In this document: piece after piece, positions 23,248 through 36,358 of the stretch
Position numbering within the stretch: position 1 is the stretch's first letter
Layout of the letters: each line of letters begins with the position of its first letter
Source of the DNA: Camelus ferus
Taxonomy: Eukaryota
Reading direction: 5' to 3'
NCBI RefSeq assembly: GCF_009834535.1
Contig: NC_045697.1
Coordinates: 99,698,001-99,762,000, forward strand
Length of the DNA stretch: 64,000 nt
Translations under genes and position numbers: made by a program
The notes under the pieces: model-generated
The model's input: the letters and a program-made list of their open reading frames with translations, nothing else
Told to the model about the DNA's origin: nothing
Databases searched by the model: none

Positions 23248-26200
23248 AACAAAAACAAAACTGAACTACAGACAGGCTTGTCCTTTCTTCTGATTGTTGC
23301 AATGTTTGGTAAAACAGTGAAAAAGAAAGGGTAGGGGGAGAGCTACAAAATAGGACTTGATTTATTTAAAACTGTATTTACTATTATGCTGTTGACTTCT
23401 ACTAATGCTTCTTCAATGCCAGCCAGTGTAGTTCTCCTCCTTTCTGACTGATAGGCAGCCCACCAACACTTTATGAGACATTCTGCAGTAATTCCCTTGA
23501 GATTACTGTATAAGGAAGGAGGAGGGAAAGTAGGAATTTGTCACAGAACTAAAGAGGTTAGAGGTTCCTAGGAGAGGTGTCTGCCAGGGCCCCGAGTGTC
23601 TCTGGTGTGCCAAGAGCACAAGGTCCTGCCTGGCCTTTATTCAGGCCATTTCTTAGGGTGTGTTTGCAAAGAGCAACTATACGGGATGAGGTCATTCCTC
23701 TCCCCCTGGTAGAAGAGTGAACTTGCTTCCACTTGCTGTAAAAACAATAGATTCCCTGAGCTCAGCTTCCCTCCCTGTACAATAACCCACTGTGTGTGCA
23801 GACACCTACCTGGGGGACTCGGGGGAGATGGGGAACAGAAGCAAATCATCATGAAGCTCACACTGCTGTGAGCTGTGAGTAATAGACTCTGACCCGGGCA
23901 TCTCATGTCTCCTCCCAGCACCTGTGAAATCAAGCTAACTTATAAGCTTGTAAGTTGTGTAAAATCCCAGATTCTGACACAGCCTGACAGAACTCGCTCA
24001 AGGTGATTATTAGTATAAACAGTTACCGGGGAAACACAAAACTATGAGGATTATGTCTGTGTACTGAAAGTAAGAAAATCCATTAGGAACCAAGCATTTT
24101 AGCACCTTGCTAGCAACTCATGTGCAGCCTTTTATAAAATATTAGTTTCCCTGTGACCCTGACTCCTACGCCCTTCAAAGAATCATGCTGTCTTACTAAA
24201 ACAGAACACCTTTTACGTTCTCAGAGCCCAGTGATTAGTCTTGATTTTAAAGCAGATTATTTTATAAAAATTCAGTAGAACATGTACTCAGCTGAAATGA
24301 CTGACAGTGGTAGATTCATGTATAGAGAATCACAGAAACTCAAAATCAAAAAGGTTCGAGTGGAGGGGCTTAGAGATAACTCACTCAGGAAACCTTTCAG
24401 ATCTTAAGGCAGGCACAGTACTAAGGACTGGACTGTCTGACACAACCAAACCATCAAAGGGAACCATCCAGTCTAACTCACTGGTAGTGTTACTTGGTAA
24501 ATTCCTCAATGTCATTTTATAGAATATTAGAGAAGCAGAATTAACTTCATGCCAGTCCCTCATCTAAAGACACAAGGGTGTATGGTAATTCATCCCCCTC
24601 AGCCTTACGGTCAATATCAAATCTTTGGATCCTCTACAGTATATAGCTCATAATGAACACTACATGAAACTTTTGAACTAGGAAATGAAGAAGTAAATGA
24701 ACACATATACATTAAGCCAGAACTGGAACCCAGGTTCCCTCTTCTTCAAACCAATGCTTGTTGCACTGCTGACAGACCAGGGTTTCCAAACCACTCATCT
24801 GCGTATTAATATTGCAATTTTTTTTTGCCACATTAAGTTAACCATTCACTTAACGTTACTTTTGAACTTAGCTTCTTGTTCTAAGCAACAACATCTGCAA
24901 ACTGAGCGTTAGCTGTATTATTCATATTTTTATTATGATAAAATGTATAACTATTTTTAAAAGCTCATAATGTTCAACCAGAGGTATAAGCACCAATCTT
25001 TGAGGAACATCGATTAAGACAATACTTTGTCTAGAGAAAAATAAGCATCAAGACCCTGCAGAGTCATTCTTCATTATTTTCAATTTTGTCAAAATCTTCA
25101 AAGCTTGATTCCATGGAGACCTGGAAATCCTTCTGAGTTTTCATTTGAGAAACACTAAAAATACACTAGTAATTTCTTACATTTTGTCTATTGAACAAAC
25201 GAATGAAAATGATTCTGCTCAAATTAGCCAATGATTAGTTATTATCAAAAAACTGTAATCTTTAGAAAAGTAAACAGGCACAACTTAATTCACCAAATAG
25301 CAGTGTAGTATACTATTGAGTCTAGTTTTGAAATCAAGTTTCAACAGGCAGAATATATTCTTCACTCACCAAATTCAGGACAATATTCACTCTCCAATGA
25401 ATTCAATAACCTTTCAAGGGAAAAAAAATAAGTAAAAAGGAAAAAGTGAGTTCTTTTTTAGGAATGAGACGAAACATATTTTGCAAATTAATGAGCATGG
25501 AAGTATGAGAGAATGCACCTGGTTACACTTGAAAGTTATCAAAATGTCTCCAGTTAGCATATTTCACTTTAAAATATCCACAGTATGTTTAGAACCCTCT
25601 AATTACTGAAAACAAGCTCAAAGTTTTTATTTCTTGATGAGAGAATGTCAGACTAGAACATCAAAATGATCTTGGAAGTTCGCTATTATTTATCATTTCT
25701 TCCTCATAGACTACTTTGCCTTGTAACAATGGTGTTCAATTTGGAGTTTTCCATTCTCTATGATGAATATTTAAATTTGTGCTTTTATTTAGATGGTTTA
25801 TAATATTAATATATGCACATTCCAGAGCACATGAATGTCCATTTTATAATCAAATATTTCTATGCAATTTCAGTGTTTCCTATTTGTACTAGTATGTTTT
25901 CCTTATTCAGAAGAAGGGAATTTTTGTGGCTATTTTTAAACCATTTTTTATTGAAAAATGTAATGCAAATATGGAATACTGTATAAAGTAAATAAACAGT
26001 TTACTGAATGTTCACTTCATGCCGAGTGTGCCAAAGTTTCTGCTCCCTTTCAATATTCACTTGGGTTTATTGTCCTTTCTTGTCACCTTTTTGCCATTTC
26101 AAGAATTTTTTTCTATTCAAGGACACATCTTAATTATCAGCAACACTGTTCATCCAATTTGCAAAATTTTGTGAATAATATGTTGCTTTTAATGTTATGG

Positions 26201-26899
26201 TTACCTTTTTGTATGTTATCTTTTTCAGATAGTTTGTCTAAAGATTTTCTTTAAAGTTTAAATTCTCTAGCAAGATACATGTTTGATTCTGAATTTTTAA
26301 AAAGGTGAATGCTCTAAAATTACCATATCCTACTTAATGGCAATCATTTTCTTGCACTTTAAAGGTAGTTTTATCATTCAAGGGTGCATCCAAAATAAGC
26401 CATAGGTTCTTTTGATCTGTTTTTAAAAATACATTTTGTGTCTTTTAATCTATAGATCTTCTTTCCATCCTTTTTATGCCCAGTGCACTTTATTTGGGAA
26501 AGAAAGGGGCTTTACTTTTGTTGTTGTTTGTTCTTGTCCTGGTGTTGTTTTGTTCTGTTGTCAGATTTTGCTAATTTTATCCAGATGGTAGATTTAACAT
26601 ATTTCTCAGTCCTCTCTATTTCCTGTTAAATTGCTAGTTTATGGGCGTGATCAGGTCAGGCTGCTTTCTGTTGTTGTTGCTGTTTTTCTGAAAGACCTTT
26701 ATAGGTAGTGGTGCATTCTTTTGTCATCAGACAGTAAATGCTATCTGCTTAGTTCTCTGTGTGATGTTGGCGACATTGGTGCCCAGAGTCCAGATCAGCA
26801 TTTCTCAACAGTCTTCCATTATGCTCCACCTTCAGAGCTTTTTAGACATTATTTTCCTAATCACCCTTTCCCCTTAGGAAACTGTCTTTTGCCAAATTT

Positions 26900-29270
26900 G
26901 AAAAACCATTAATTCTTCAAATATTTTTCAGTACCATACTCTTTTTCCTTTCCTTCTGGGATTCTGATGACACAAATGCTAGATCTTTTTTGTTATCCCT
27001 TCCTCCTGAGTTTACTTTTTTTTATTCCATTTCTACCATATTTTTTTTCCGTGTTGGAAGATTGGATAACTTCTACTGAGGTATCCTCAAGTTAACTAAT
27101 TCCCCTTTCCTTGCCATTCTGCTGTTGAGTCTTTGCAGACAGTTTTAAATTTCAGTTCTTTTATTTTTTAGTTATAAAATTTCCATTTGGTTCTTATTTA
27201 TAGCCTCTATTATGTTGCTTCTACTTTCAATTATAACTTCTGTTTCAGGATTTTTCATAATTGCTTGTTCAAGTATTTTAAAATATCTGCTTAAAATCTT
27301 TTCCATACAATTTCAACATTTGTGACATCTCAGAGTTGCTGTGTTGATTGTTATTCTCATGTGAATTGAGATGTTCGTGATTCTTCATAAGTTGAAAAAC
27401 TGTGGTTGGGATCCTGGACATTTCGACTATTACATTAGGGGTCCCTGGGTCTTGTTTAAGCCCTATGAAGAATGTCGATTTTGTTTTAGTAGGAACTTCA
27501 GTTGGTTAGGTTGAGGATGCAGGTTCTAACCCACTTTCTTTGGGCTGCAGTTCCAAGTCAATTTTTAAAGTCTTTGCAGTGCTTTATTTTCATTTAATTC
27601 TAACAATCCTAATAACAATTAAATAAAGTAGGTATTATGATACTCATTTCCCAGGTAAAAAAGATAGGTTTAAATTCAGTCTGTCACTAGCTATCTGCTA
27701 TGGAACAAGACACTCTTTGAGCCTTGATTTCCTCGTCTGTAAGATGCGATTGATAATACCTAGATCACTGGATTGTTTGAGGACTGAGTAAAATATCACA
27801 TGTAGCTTACCTAGCATATTGCAAATCTTAAAGAAATCCTGGGTAGTCTTCTCATTAAAGGAAAAAAAACAGTTTTATTGAGGAAAAATAATACATAATG
27901 AAATACACACATTTTAAGTTACAGGAGATGACTTTTGGCAATTGGATACACTGTGTAACCACCCCACCAATCAAGATATTATAGAACATCTCCAGTGTAG
28001 ATCCTTTGTATTTCCATACAAATTTTAGAATCAGCTTGAGAACATAATCCCTGAAGAAATGAAACTCCTGGGGCCAGAATCACAACGGCCCAGGCTCTCT
28101 GCCTAGGGGCAAATGTTAGATTTGATTTCCTAGTAATTTATTAAGGACGTTTGTATCTATGTTCAGTTTTATGTTTTTTAATGTCTTTGTCTAGTTTTGG
28201 CATCAGGGTAATGCTGTTCTCAAAATGAGTTGGAAAGTGTTCTTTCCTGTTTTATTTTCTGAAGAGTTTGTGGAGAACTGATAAAATTTCTTAAAATATA
28301 CGGAAGAATTTACCAGTGAAATCATTCAGATCTGGAGCATTCTTTGTGGGAAAGGTAATCTAGTAATGACATTTTAAAATAGATATAGAGCTATTCGTAA
28401 CATCTAGTCTTCTTGAGCGAATTTTTAATTTTTTTTCTTTCAAGGGATTTGTTCATTTCATCTAAATTTTCAAATTTATTGGCTAAGGTTGTTCATAATA
28501 TTCCCTTAATTGCCTTTTAATGTCTACAGATTCTCTAAAGATGTCCCCTCTTTCATTCTTGCTACCTGTATTTTACGGTGTCTTTTATTTTTTTTCCTAG
28601 ACAAGCCTGCCTAGAGCCTTTAATTTTATTGTTCCTTAAAAAAACAAAAGACAAAAAAGCACCTTTTGATGTCATTGATTTTTTCTATTGTTTTAAAGCT
28701 TTTCAGTATAATTAATTTTTGCTCTATATTATATTATTTCCTTTCATTTGCTTGCTTTGAGTTAATTTGTTCTTCTTTTCCTAATTTCTTAAAGTGAACA
28801 TGTAGATTCTTATTTTGTTTTCTCATATAAGCAATTAATGGTAAAGAAATTTCTGTAAGCATTGCTTCTATTGCATCCCACAAATTTTGACATGTTAACA
28901 TTTTAAGTTAATTTAAAATATTTTCTAATTTCTCTTGTGACCCATAGTTTGTTTAGAAGCATGTAATTTAACTTCCAACTACCTGGGTTTTACAAATATC
29001 TTTTTGTTATTGAATTCTAGTTTAATTCCTTTGTGGGCAGAGAAAATATTTTCTTATGACTTCGATCATTTAAAATTTGATGATGCTGTTTTATGATAGA
29101 ATATGGTCCACTTTGGTGAACATTCCATGTGCACTTGAAAAGAAGCCATGTCCTCCAGCTATTGGGTGGAATTTTCTATAAATGTCAAATAGGTCAAATA
29201 TGTTGATAGAACTTTCCATACAGATCTTCTCTATCAATAGTTTCCACATTTGCCTGTACTCTGTTGAAAT
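26900..29270 (-). mobile_element. Cluster of old L1 fragments (ORF1/ORF2 regions) interrupted by a MIR (~27600-27810)
   Basis: ORF 29091..29288 (DIYRKFHP…FFSSAHGMFTKVDHIL) is L1 endonuclease-like; T-rich antisense L1 texture. Confidence 0.7.
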
Positions 29271-29294
29271 TATCTTTGTATTTTCCAAAAATAT

Positions 29295-29395
29295 TAATGC
29301 CAGTATCCCACCCTAGAGATTGTGATTTAATAAGTCTGGGATGTAGCCTGTTCTTTGGCGTTATTAGGAGATTCCCAGGTGATTCTCATGTGAAG
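29295..29395. mobile_element. MER5-like hAT-Charlie MITE fragment
   Basis: cccaccctagagattgtgatttaataagtctggg…cccaggtgattctcatgtg. Confidence 0.6.
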
Positions 29396-30282
29396 GCAAG
29401 CAAGGGACCTGGGTTTTGTATCCTTACAGATTTTCTGTATACTTGTGTTACAAATTACAGTGAGGGGAGTGATGAACTTTCCAACTAGAGTTGTGGGCTA
29501 GTTTCTTTTTATCTCAGTTCCATCAGTTTTTGCTTCAGTGCCATTTGGTAGCACTGTTAGGATTCTGCATCTTCTTAATGAACTGGCTCCTTTATCTTGT
29601 TTTAATATCAATTCCTCTGATCACTAGTGAAGGTAAACAGTAAAGAAATCTGTCTGGCCATTTTTCCTCCTCTGTGAGTTGCCTGTTTATGTTATTTGAA
29701 CTTTTATCTTTCTCAGAATTCCTTATATTCTCAGAGCTTTACTATATTCTCCCAGTCTGTACATTGTTTTTAACCTGATTTAAACTGTCTTCTCTTCTGT
29801 TTATAAAACTTAGAACTCTTCTGTGTATAAAATAATCAAAATTTAAAATCTTTTCCTTAATGAATGGCACTGTTTTGTCTGATTTAACAAATTCTTCCCC
29901 ATGGTGATGTCACAAAGACATCTGTTTTTTTCTCCCTAGAATTTTAGTTTTGTTTTTCACACTTCACATTTACTTCATTTGGAGTTTAATTTTACTTGTG
30001 GTGTGAGATGAGGATCTAATTTCATATTTTTATATAAATAGCTAACTTAACTAAAACCACCATGATTTGTCTTTTCTATAGAAACAAAGTTTCTATTAAC
30101 AAAGTTATTGTACCAGTTTTACTCCCAAGAATAATGAATAACAATTCTGTCCCACAACCTCACCAACATTTCTTTCTTACCAGACACCCTTATTGTATAC
30201 CAACTTCCAGGTACAGCTTCTCTCTAACTTTCTTTTTGTCTATTTTTGTGTTAATATCACATTTTTAAAAGTTGCTTTTTAA

Positions 30283-30866
30283 AATAGAATTACCGTATGA
30301 CCTAGCAATTCCATTTCTGGATACATACCCAAAAGAATTGAAAGCAGAGTCTCCAAGAGATATTTGCACAGACCATGTTTATAGCAGCAGTCATAATAGC
30401 AAAAAGCAAAAAGCAACTCAAGTGTCCACTGAATGCTGAATGGCTAAACTGTGGTATGTCATATAATGGAATAACATTCAGCCTTTAAAAAAAAGAAGAA
30501 ATTCTGATACATGCTACAACATGTATAAACTTTGAGGATGTTATGCACAGTGAAATACGTTAGCCACAAAAGACAAATATGTATGATTCTACTTAAACGA
30601 GGTACCTAAAATAGTCAAATTGATAGAGACAAAGAGTGGTGGTTGCCAGGGACTGTTAGTAGAGGTGAACTGGGAGTTGTTTAATGGGGAAAGAGTTTCA
30701 GTTTTGCAAGATGAAAAGAGTTCTGGGGACTGGTTGCACAACAATGAGAATATATTTAACACTACTGAACTGTACACTTTAAAACAGTTTAAGTGGCAGA
30801 TCTTTTATGTGTATTTTACTCTATTTAAAACTAAAAGAAAAAACCCACCCCAAACCTTCTAGGAAA
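30283..30866 (+). mobile_element. L1 (L1MA/MB-like) 3' end with 16-bp TSD
   Basis: gaattaccgtatgacctagcaattccatttctgg… through the 3' UTR. TSD aaaagttgctttttaa (30267-30282) / aaaagctgctttttaa (30867-30882), one mismatch. Confidence 0.85.
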
Positions 30867-31869
30867 AAAAGCTGCTTTTTAATACTTCTAGTCTTTGGTA
30901 TTCTGCAGCTTCACCATGATGTGTCCCTTTATGGAATTCCTTATTCTAATCCTGCTCAAGAATAAGTGCTTCTTGAAGCTAATTCAAATGTTCTAAAACC
31001 CTGACAAATTCTTGGCTATTACTCTTTGAATCCTGCTCACACCCATTCTCTCTAGTCTCTCTTTTTGACACTATTAGATTTATGTTGGCTCTTATTTTCC
31101 ATTTATTTAGCTCCTGCACTACTGTCTAGCAAATGTCCTCATACTGTGTAATTTAGCTCCAAATATGTAGTTCTCAAACACTGAAACAAAGTTTTAAAAA
31201 TATTCCTTAAAAGAAGTAAGACCCTATGTCAGGAAACTGCTAGAAGTAAAAAGTCAAGAAACAGAGACATAGGGCTCACCTCTACAACTTGGGAGAGTGT
31301 GCCAAAGCCAAAACAATAACAAATATTAAAAACAAACAGGATGCTGCTTTGTGTAAAGTGCTAGGTAACTGTGAAAGATATCAAGCAAGATTACATTACA
31401 TCCCAAAGCCTGACACATAGCATTTCACACTGTGCCTATGGCCTCGAGCAGGACATTAATTTACTTTTAAGCCTCTTTCTGTGGGTTGCTGTGAGGAACG
31501 AACGGGTTAAAGTGAACAAAAGCACTATATACTGAAGTAGTATTAAGGTATTTTCTCAATTCTAAAATATTATGAAATGGTCAGGAGCACTATGGATTTT
31601 ATAATAGTTTGGGGAAGATGCGGAGAGGTATACTTCCTTAGAGGTACACTTACGGGTTTTCCAATTTGGGAAATTAAAAATAGGGAAAAGTCTGCTTTCA
31701 GAATTGAAGAACCACTGTACATTCCCTGTTATTACGTCCACACATGCCCTTTTCTTGAATTTGTTTCTCGTTCAGCGTTCAGTTTTACCAACCTCCTTCC
31801 TGTCAGCCGTCAGAATTTTCCAGACTGGATTTCTGACTCCATTTTCAGGGTCCTCCTGAGACTGAAGAG

Positions 31870-32740
31870 CTGCTTCTCGCGGACTGGCTTTCCCGCGCTT
31901 AATTTAGCTTCTGAACTGTCATTCGCTGTTGCTCTTCCCGGAACCGCCCACAACGGCCTCAATCCTGATTGGATGCCAGTTTCCTTTTGTTATGGCAAAA
32001 GGTGGATCCCGGGGCTTGAGATAGGACGATTGGGACATAGGGCAGCTAATGCGCATGCGTGCCTCCTTGAGTGGTGATTGGCTGGCGGCGGGCGGGACGG
32101 GGCGGGACTCCCATCTCGGCGCACGCTCTGTGGGCGGAGAGGACGGGGCTGCCGGTGCCCGTTGGTCCAAGAGTCGGGGCTTGAGGCGTCCTCCTGTTCC
32201 CTCCCCCTGCCGGCGTCTGAAACGGCAGGTGAGAGGAGTCATGGGCCGCGGAGGGCCTGGCTCCCGGCGACTGGAGTTGTGGCCTCGGTACCGCCGAAAG
32301 CCGGGAGGGAGGGGCGGGCTGGACGCGGCCCAGCGCTTCGGGGACCGGGGAAGAGCGTCCCCGGGCCTGGGCATTTGGTGGGCGGCTGAGGCCTGGCTCT
32401 CTGCAGAACCCCTGCGCAACCTCTTTTTCTCATCTTCTCTTCATTGGCCCAGAGGTTCCTTTGGGGAAGGTCGTCCGCGGTCCCTGGCAGGACCTCCTGC
32501 CGCCTTCACCCCGCAGCGCCTGAGCCGAAGGCCTCAGTCCAGCTGCCCGCCCTGAAATGGGGCTGCGGGAGGGGCTTTCGGGTGGGATGGGCCCTGGCAC
32601 GCCTGGACTCGCCCGTGGCTGCTTTGCCGAGAACTCGGAGATGCGGGGAGAGGACGCCGAGGCGGGGGTGGGGGGGGAAGCGAGTGAGCGGTAAAACAAG
32701 GGCTGGCGACATCTTTCCAGGCGCTGAAAGCAGTCCGGGT
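31870..32740. promoter_or_regulatory. CpG island, proximal (probably bidirectional) SCOC promoter
   Basis: Abrupt GC/CpG-rich stretch in an AT-rich background. Inverted CCAAT boxes (ATTGG near 31968, 32029, 32077, 32443), GC boxes GGGCGG (~32090-32106, ~32312), NRF1-like TGCGCATGCG at 32050-32059. Confidence 0.9.
32049..32228 (+). other. SCOC: SCOC proximal first exon (5' boundary uncertain), donor CAG|gtgaga after 32228
   Basis: The frame from 32078 (…SRRTLCGRRGRGCRCPLVQESGLEASSCSLPLPASETA) resembles the recalled human long isoform (…SRRTFCGRSGRSCRGQLVQVSRPEVSAGSLLLPAPQA). It ends phase 1, compatible with the 37984 exon. Confidence 0.75.
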
Positions 32741-33714
32741 CAGTTTCTTCAATGGGCATATCTCAGAGTTCCTCCTGGACAATTTTCAGGGTTAGGATTA
32801 GAAAGGAGAAAGAGGACACATTCCTGAAAGGCAGGACTTTTGCTGTTCAACGTATTGATTCCAGTACTATGACGTAATATTAAGAACAGATGTGGTGCTA
32901 TGTTCTCAACACTGTATCTACCTGAGGTTCCAAAGATATGCCTATATATTCTGTGCCTGTACGAACCCATTGATTAAACTCAATATAGCTAGCCACTCTG
33001 GGGATCTAGTTTCTGATCAAATTCTTGTTTGGCCAAACATTTCTTAATCTTACGGAATTTAAACTGGGATTTATCTAACCAGGACAAGTCAGAATTTGAG
33101 GAACCTGAACAAACCATGTTGAAGTTTGATGCGGCTTGAAGGGAATGAAGTTTACCTTCAGTTGCTTAGATAGTAGAAATATCAAAGGAATTTGGTATCA
33201 GGGGTTGCAAAATGTTTGACAAACTTAGATTAGGATCATATTCAAGTATCTTCCATTGCATAATGGAAAAAGCAGGGATTTTATAGGTAGACCTGAGTTC
33301 AAATTCTTGGTACAAACTTTGCCTGTGAAATCTAAGGCAAAATACATAACCTGTCTGAGATACAGCGTCTCCATTTGTAAGTTGTAATGTCCTGTTGATT
33401 TGATAAACTAATAATGTATGCAAAGCATTTAGTATATTAATGCATAGTGGTATTATTTTAGTAGTATTACTAGTTCACTAATAGGTAGATGACAGATGAT
33501 GAAAATTAGTATTAGATGCAGAAAAGTTGGGTGGTTGAGATTGGATGGGTATCAGGGAAAAGTCTCAAAATCTCAGTCTTGACTCTGATCTTGGGTAAGC
33601 CATTATCATCGTGGCCTTGGTTTATTTGTAAAATTGAAGCAGTTAGACTAGGTGATTTTTCTAAAATTCTTATGACCTTAATTACAGCTAAAAAGTAGAG
33701 AAGATAAGAGCTAA

Positions 33715-33950
33715 TACTATAAAACACCTACTGTGTACTGTTGCAAGCACATTATGGATATCAGCTCGTAAAATTCTCACAACAAAACTATAAGGTATGT
33801 ACTATTACTATCCTCACTTTACAGATGAGGAAACTGAGGCAAAGATGTTAACTAACCTTACCTAAAATTCTAGAGCTTATAAACAGCAGAGCTAGGGTTT
33901 GAATCCAGGTAATCTAAATCCATGTTCTTAATCACTGTGCTAAACTGCGT
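33715..33950 (-). mobile_element. MIR SINE
   Basis: ctcactttacagatgaggaaactgaggc…gagctagggtttgaatccagg. Confidence 0.8.
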
Positions 33951-36160
33951 CTTCTGAAGAAGGATGTTGTGGTACTGCTGGGGGTACTAGCAAAGTAGGT
34001 GGATGTGTATTTGGTAATACAAATGATAATCTCTGATCAGTTGGGTGTGTGCCACACTTCCTGATCCTTGCTGTCTCCATTCTTCTGCTTCTTGGACTTA
34101 AATTATCAAAGTAAGTCTAGATTCTCTTCCACTGACCAAGGCTAGATGAAGAAGATAGTTGCCAAAATTGACTGATTTTTGAGAAAAGTTTTATGATATC
34201 TGACCTCAGCTTTGGTCAGAGTTGAAGAATATCAGACAACCATATCTATTTCAGAACTCAGGCCGATTTTGGATAAATAGATCAATCTTAGCATCCTAAG
34301 TTTATTTCAGTGTTCCCACACTTGAGATATTTTGGTCTGGATTCTCTCTCTTTTTATGTCATATTTGCTTTTATGTGTAGGAGCAGGAGTTGAAAATGAA
34401 CTCTTAAGAGCACATATGACGTAGAAGTGGTTTGATAGCAACTGTAGTTTGAGAAAAAATTTTATAGTTGAAAAATTCAATCTTACATGGAGTGCACGTT
34501 CTGACATAGTACTGTGCTAACGTAGGCATTGCAGAGTATGAAGATTGATCCTATTTTGAAGAAAGTAAAATCCGTGGCTCAAATATTTTGACATAAAGAG
34601 CTCAACAAACCTTTTGATCACATATATAAAATAAACCAGTTTATTACTCTAAATTTCCTGAAACTCTTAGAATATATTCAAGAGCAGCATTTTCAGGTCA
34701 GTCTATTTTATCACACCACAACAGGAAAAAATTGTCTTTTATCATTGTTGTGCAGAGGCAGCTGGTAGTGCTCGGGTCTACTTTAGTGAAGGGTATTGCC
34801 CTTTTGCACAGGGCTGCCATGCTAGTTAGGCAGGTTTTGCACTGTTCAACCATTAGCGTGTAATCTTATGTGTGTAACTATGTGTGAGTAGTCCTCTCTC
34901 GGGTTGCGTGGTGTATCCTATAGCACTGTCCTCGCACCATGCTCTTCCACCCCAACCTTGAATGTATTTTTCTAAGAGTAATTTTTCCTCTAATAAGCTC
35001 CCTTCACCCTGTTTTACTGTGGTTTTTTTTTCCTTTTATTTTTTTCAGATGAATTCAAACTGTTGATAAGCCATGCATAAATTGTCTATTGTTCTGGTTA
35101 TATGTGGCCAAAACTTCAGAAACTGGCTTCTCTTTCCTTACCTACTATATTGGTTAATCTGGAACACTTCACTTTTGTAGAAGACTTTTTGGTTCAATTT
35201 TAGTGTTAGCTAAAACACAGGCAAAAGAAGTATAACCCATCCCTATACTCGATCTAATTTCAAAATCAAGTGCATAGATTTTGTCGTTTTCTGTTGCTTT
35301 AGCTTGAATATTATATAACCCTTCTTAGCTGTCATGAAAATTCTGTTTCCTCTGTAGTCTTCAAAACACTGTATAAATAGAAATTTGAAGCATTTAATAT
35401 ATAGGCTTACCCCACTATCTGAAAGTGTTTCTGTGAAACCTTTTATAAGCCAATTGGTGTAAAGTGAAGAAGCAATTATCTTAAGACATATCTTGTGAAC
35501 AGATGCACAAAATAGAGATAAAAGCACAGGAGCTTACAGACACAGTTCAAAGCTATGGTGGCTTGATGCTGAGATGCTGTGTGTTTTCAGGGAAGGAGCT
35601 TGGTGGTATCACTCTCACTGCTCAGAGTGAACGCTGCCTCTATTATAGCTTGCTGCAAAACAAACACCGAATGCTATTTTTGCTTTTTGCCATTTTTCAT
35701 GAAAGCGAAAATCTGCTTCAGACTTTTGTTTAGCAAAAACAGGTACTCATGTAGGTCTTTCATACAAATGAAGTGGCATAAAGTGAACTTTCAAAAAATG
35801 GGGGATACCTGTATTATGTAGCAGAGTAAATAGCCAAGTTGAAGTCTACTGTTGCTGAGTATTCCCAAGATCACTTACTTTTGCTTTTGGTTGTTACCTC
35901 TTATTCTTCCCAGACTTTAGCCAGATCAGTAGTTGAAGGGGTATGAAAATGCTCTTCTCTTGGGGAAGTGCCAAATAAAGTTTTCACTGCTAACACTCTT
36001 CCTCTTCAATTATAAAGATACATTATTTGAATGCAGAGGAATTTTTGAAGTGTAGTTTTCAAATACTACACAGGGTTGAAGAACTTCTGAAAAAATTTTC
36101 ATAATCAGTGTATTTGGATTTATGTAGATGTGTGTGTGTATATGTACACACATATTTACA

Positions 36161-36358
36161 CAGTTGACCCTTGAACAACAAGGGGGTTAGGAGCTCCGAC
36201 TCTTTGCATAGTTGAAAATCCACATATAACTTTACAGTTGGCCTTACATATGCGCAGTCCACAACTGCAGACTGAACTAACTGCAGGTCGTGTAGTACTG
36301 TAGTAGTACTTACTGAAAAAAATTCTAGTTCAAACCTGTGCTGTTCAGCGGTCAACTC
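36161..36358. mobile_element. Tigger2-derived MITE (TcMar-Tigger)
   Basis: Imperfect TIRs cagttgacccttgaacaaca … tgtgctgttcagcggtcaact. Confidence 0.8.

Noticed and set aside
31577..32827. Eleven overlapping long ORFs on both strands
   Set aside because: Expected from stop-codon depletion in a GC-rich CpG island; only the 32049/32078 frames relate to SCOC.
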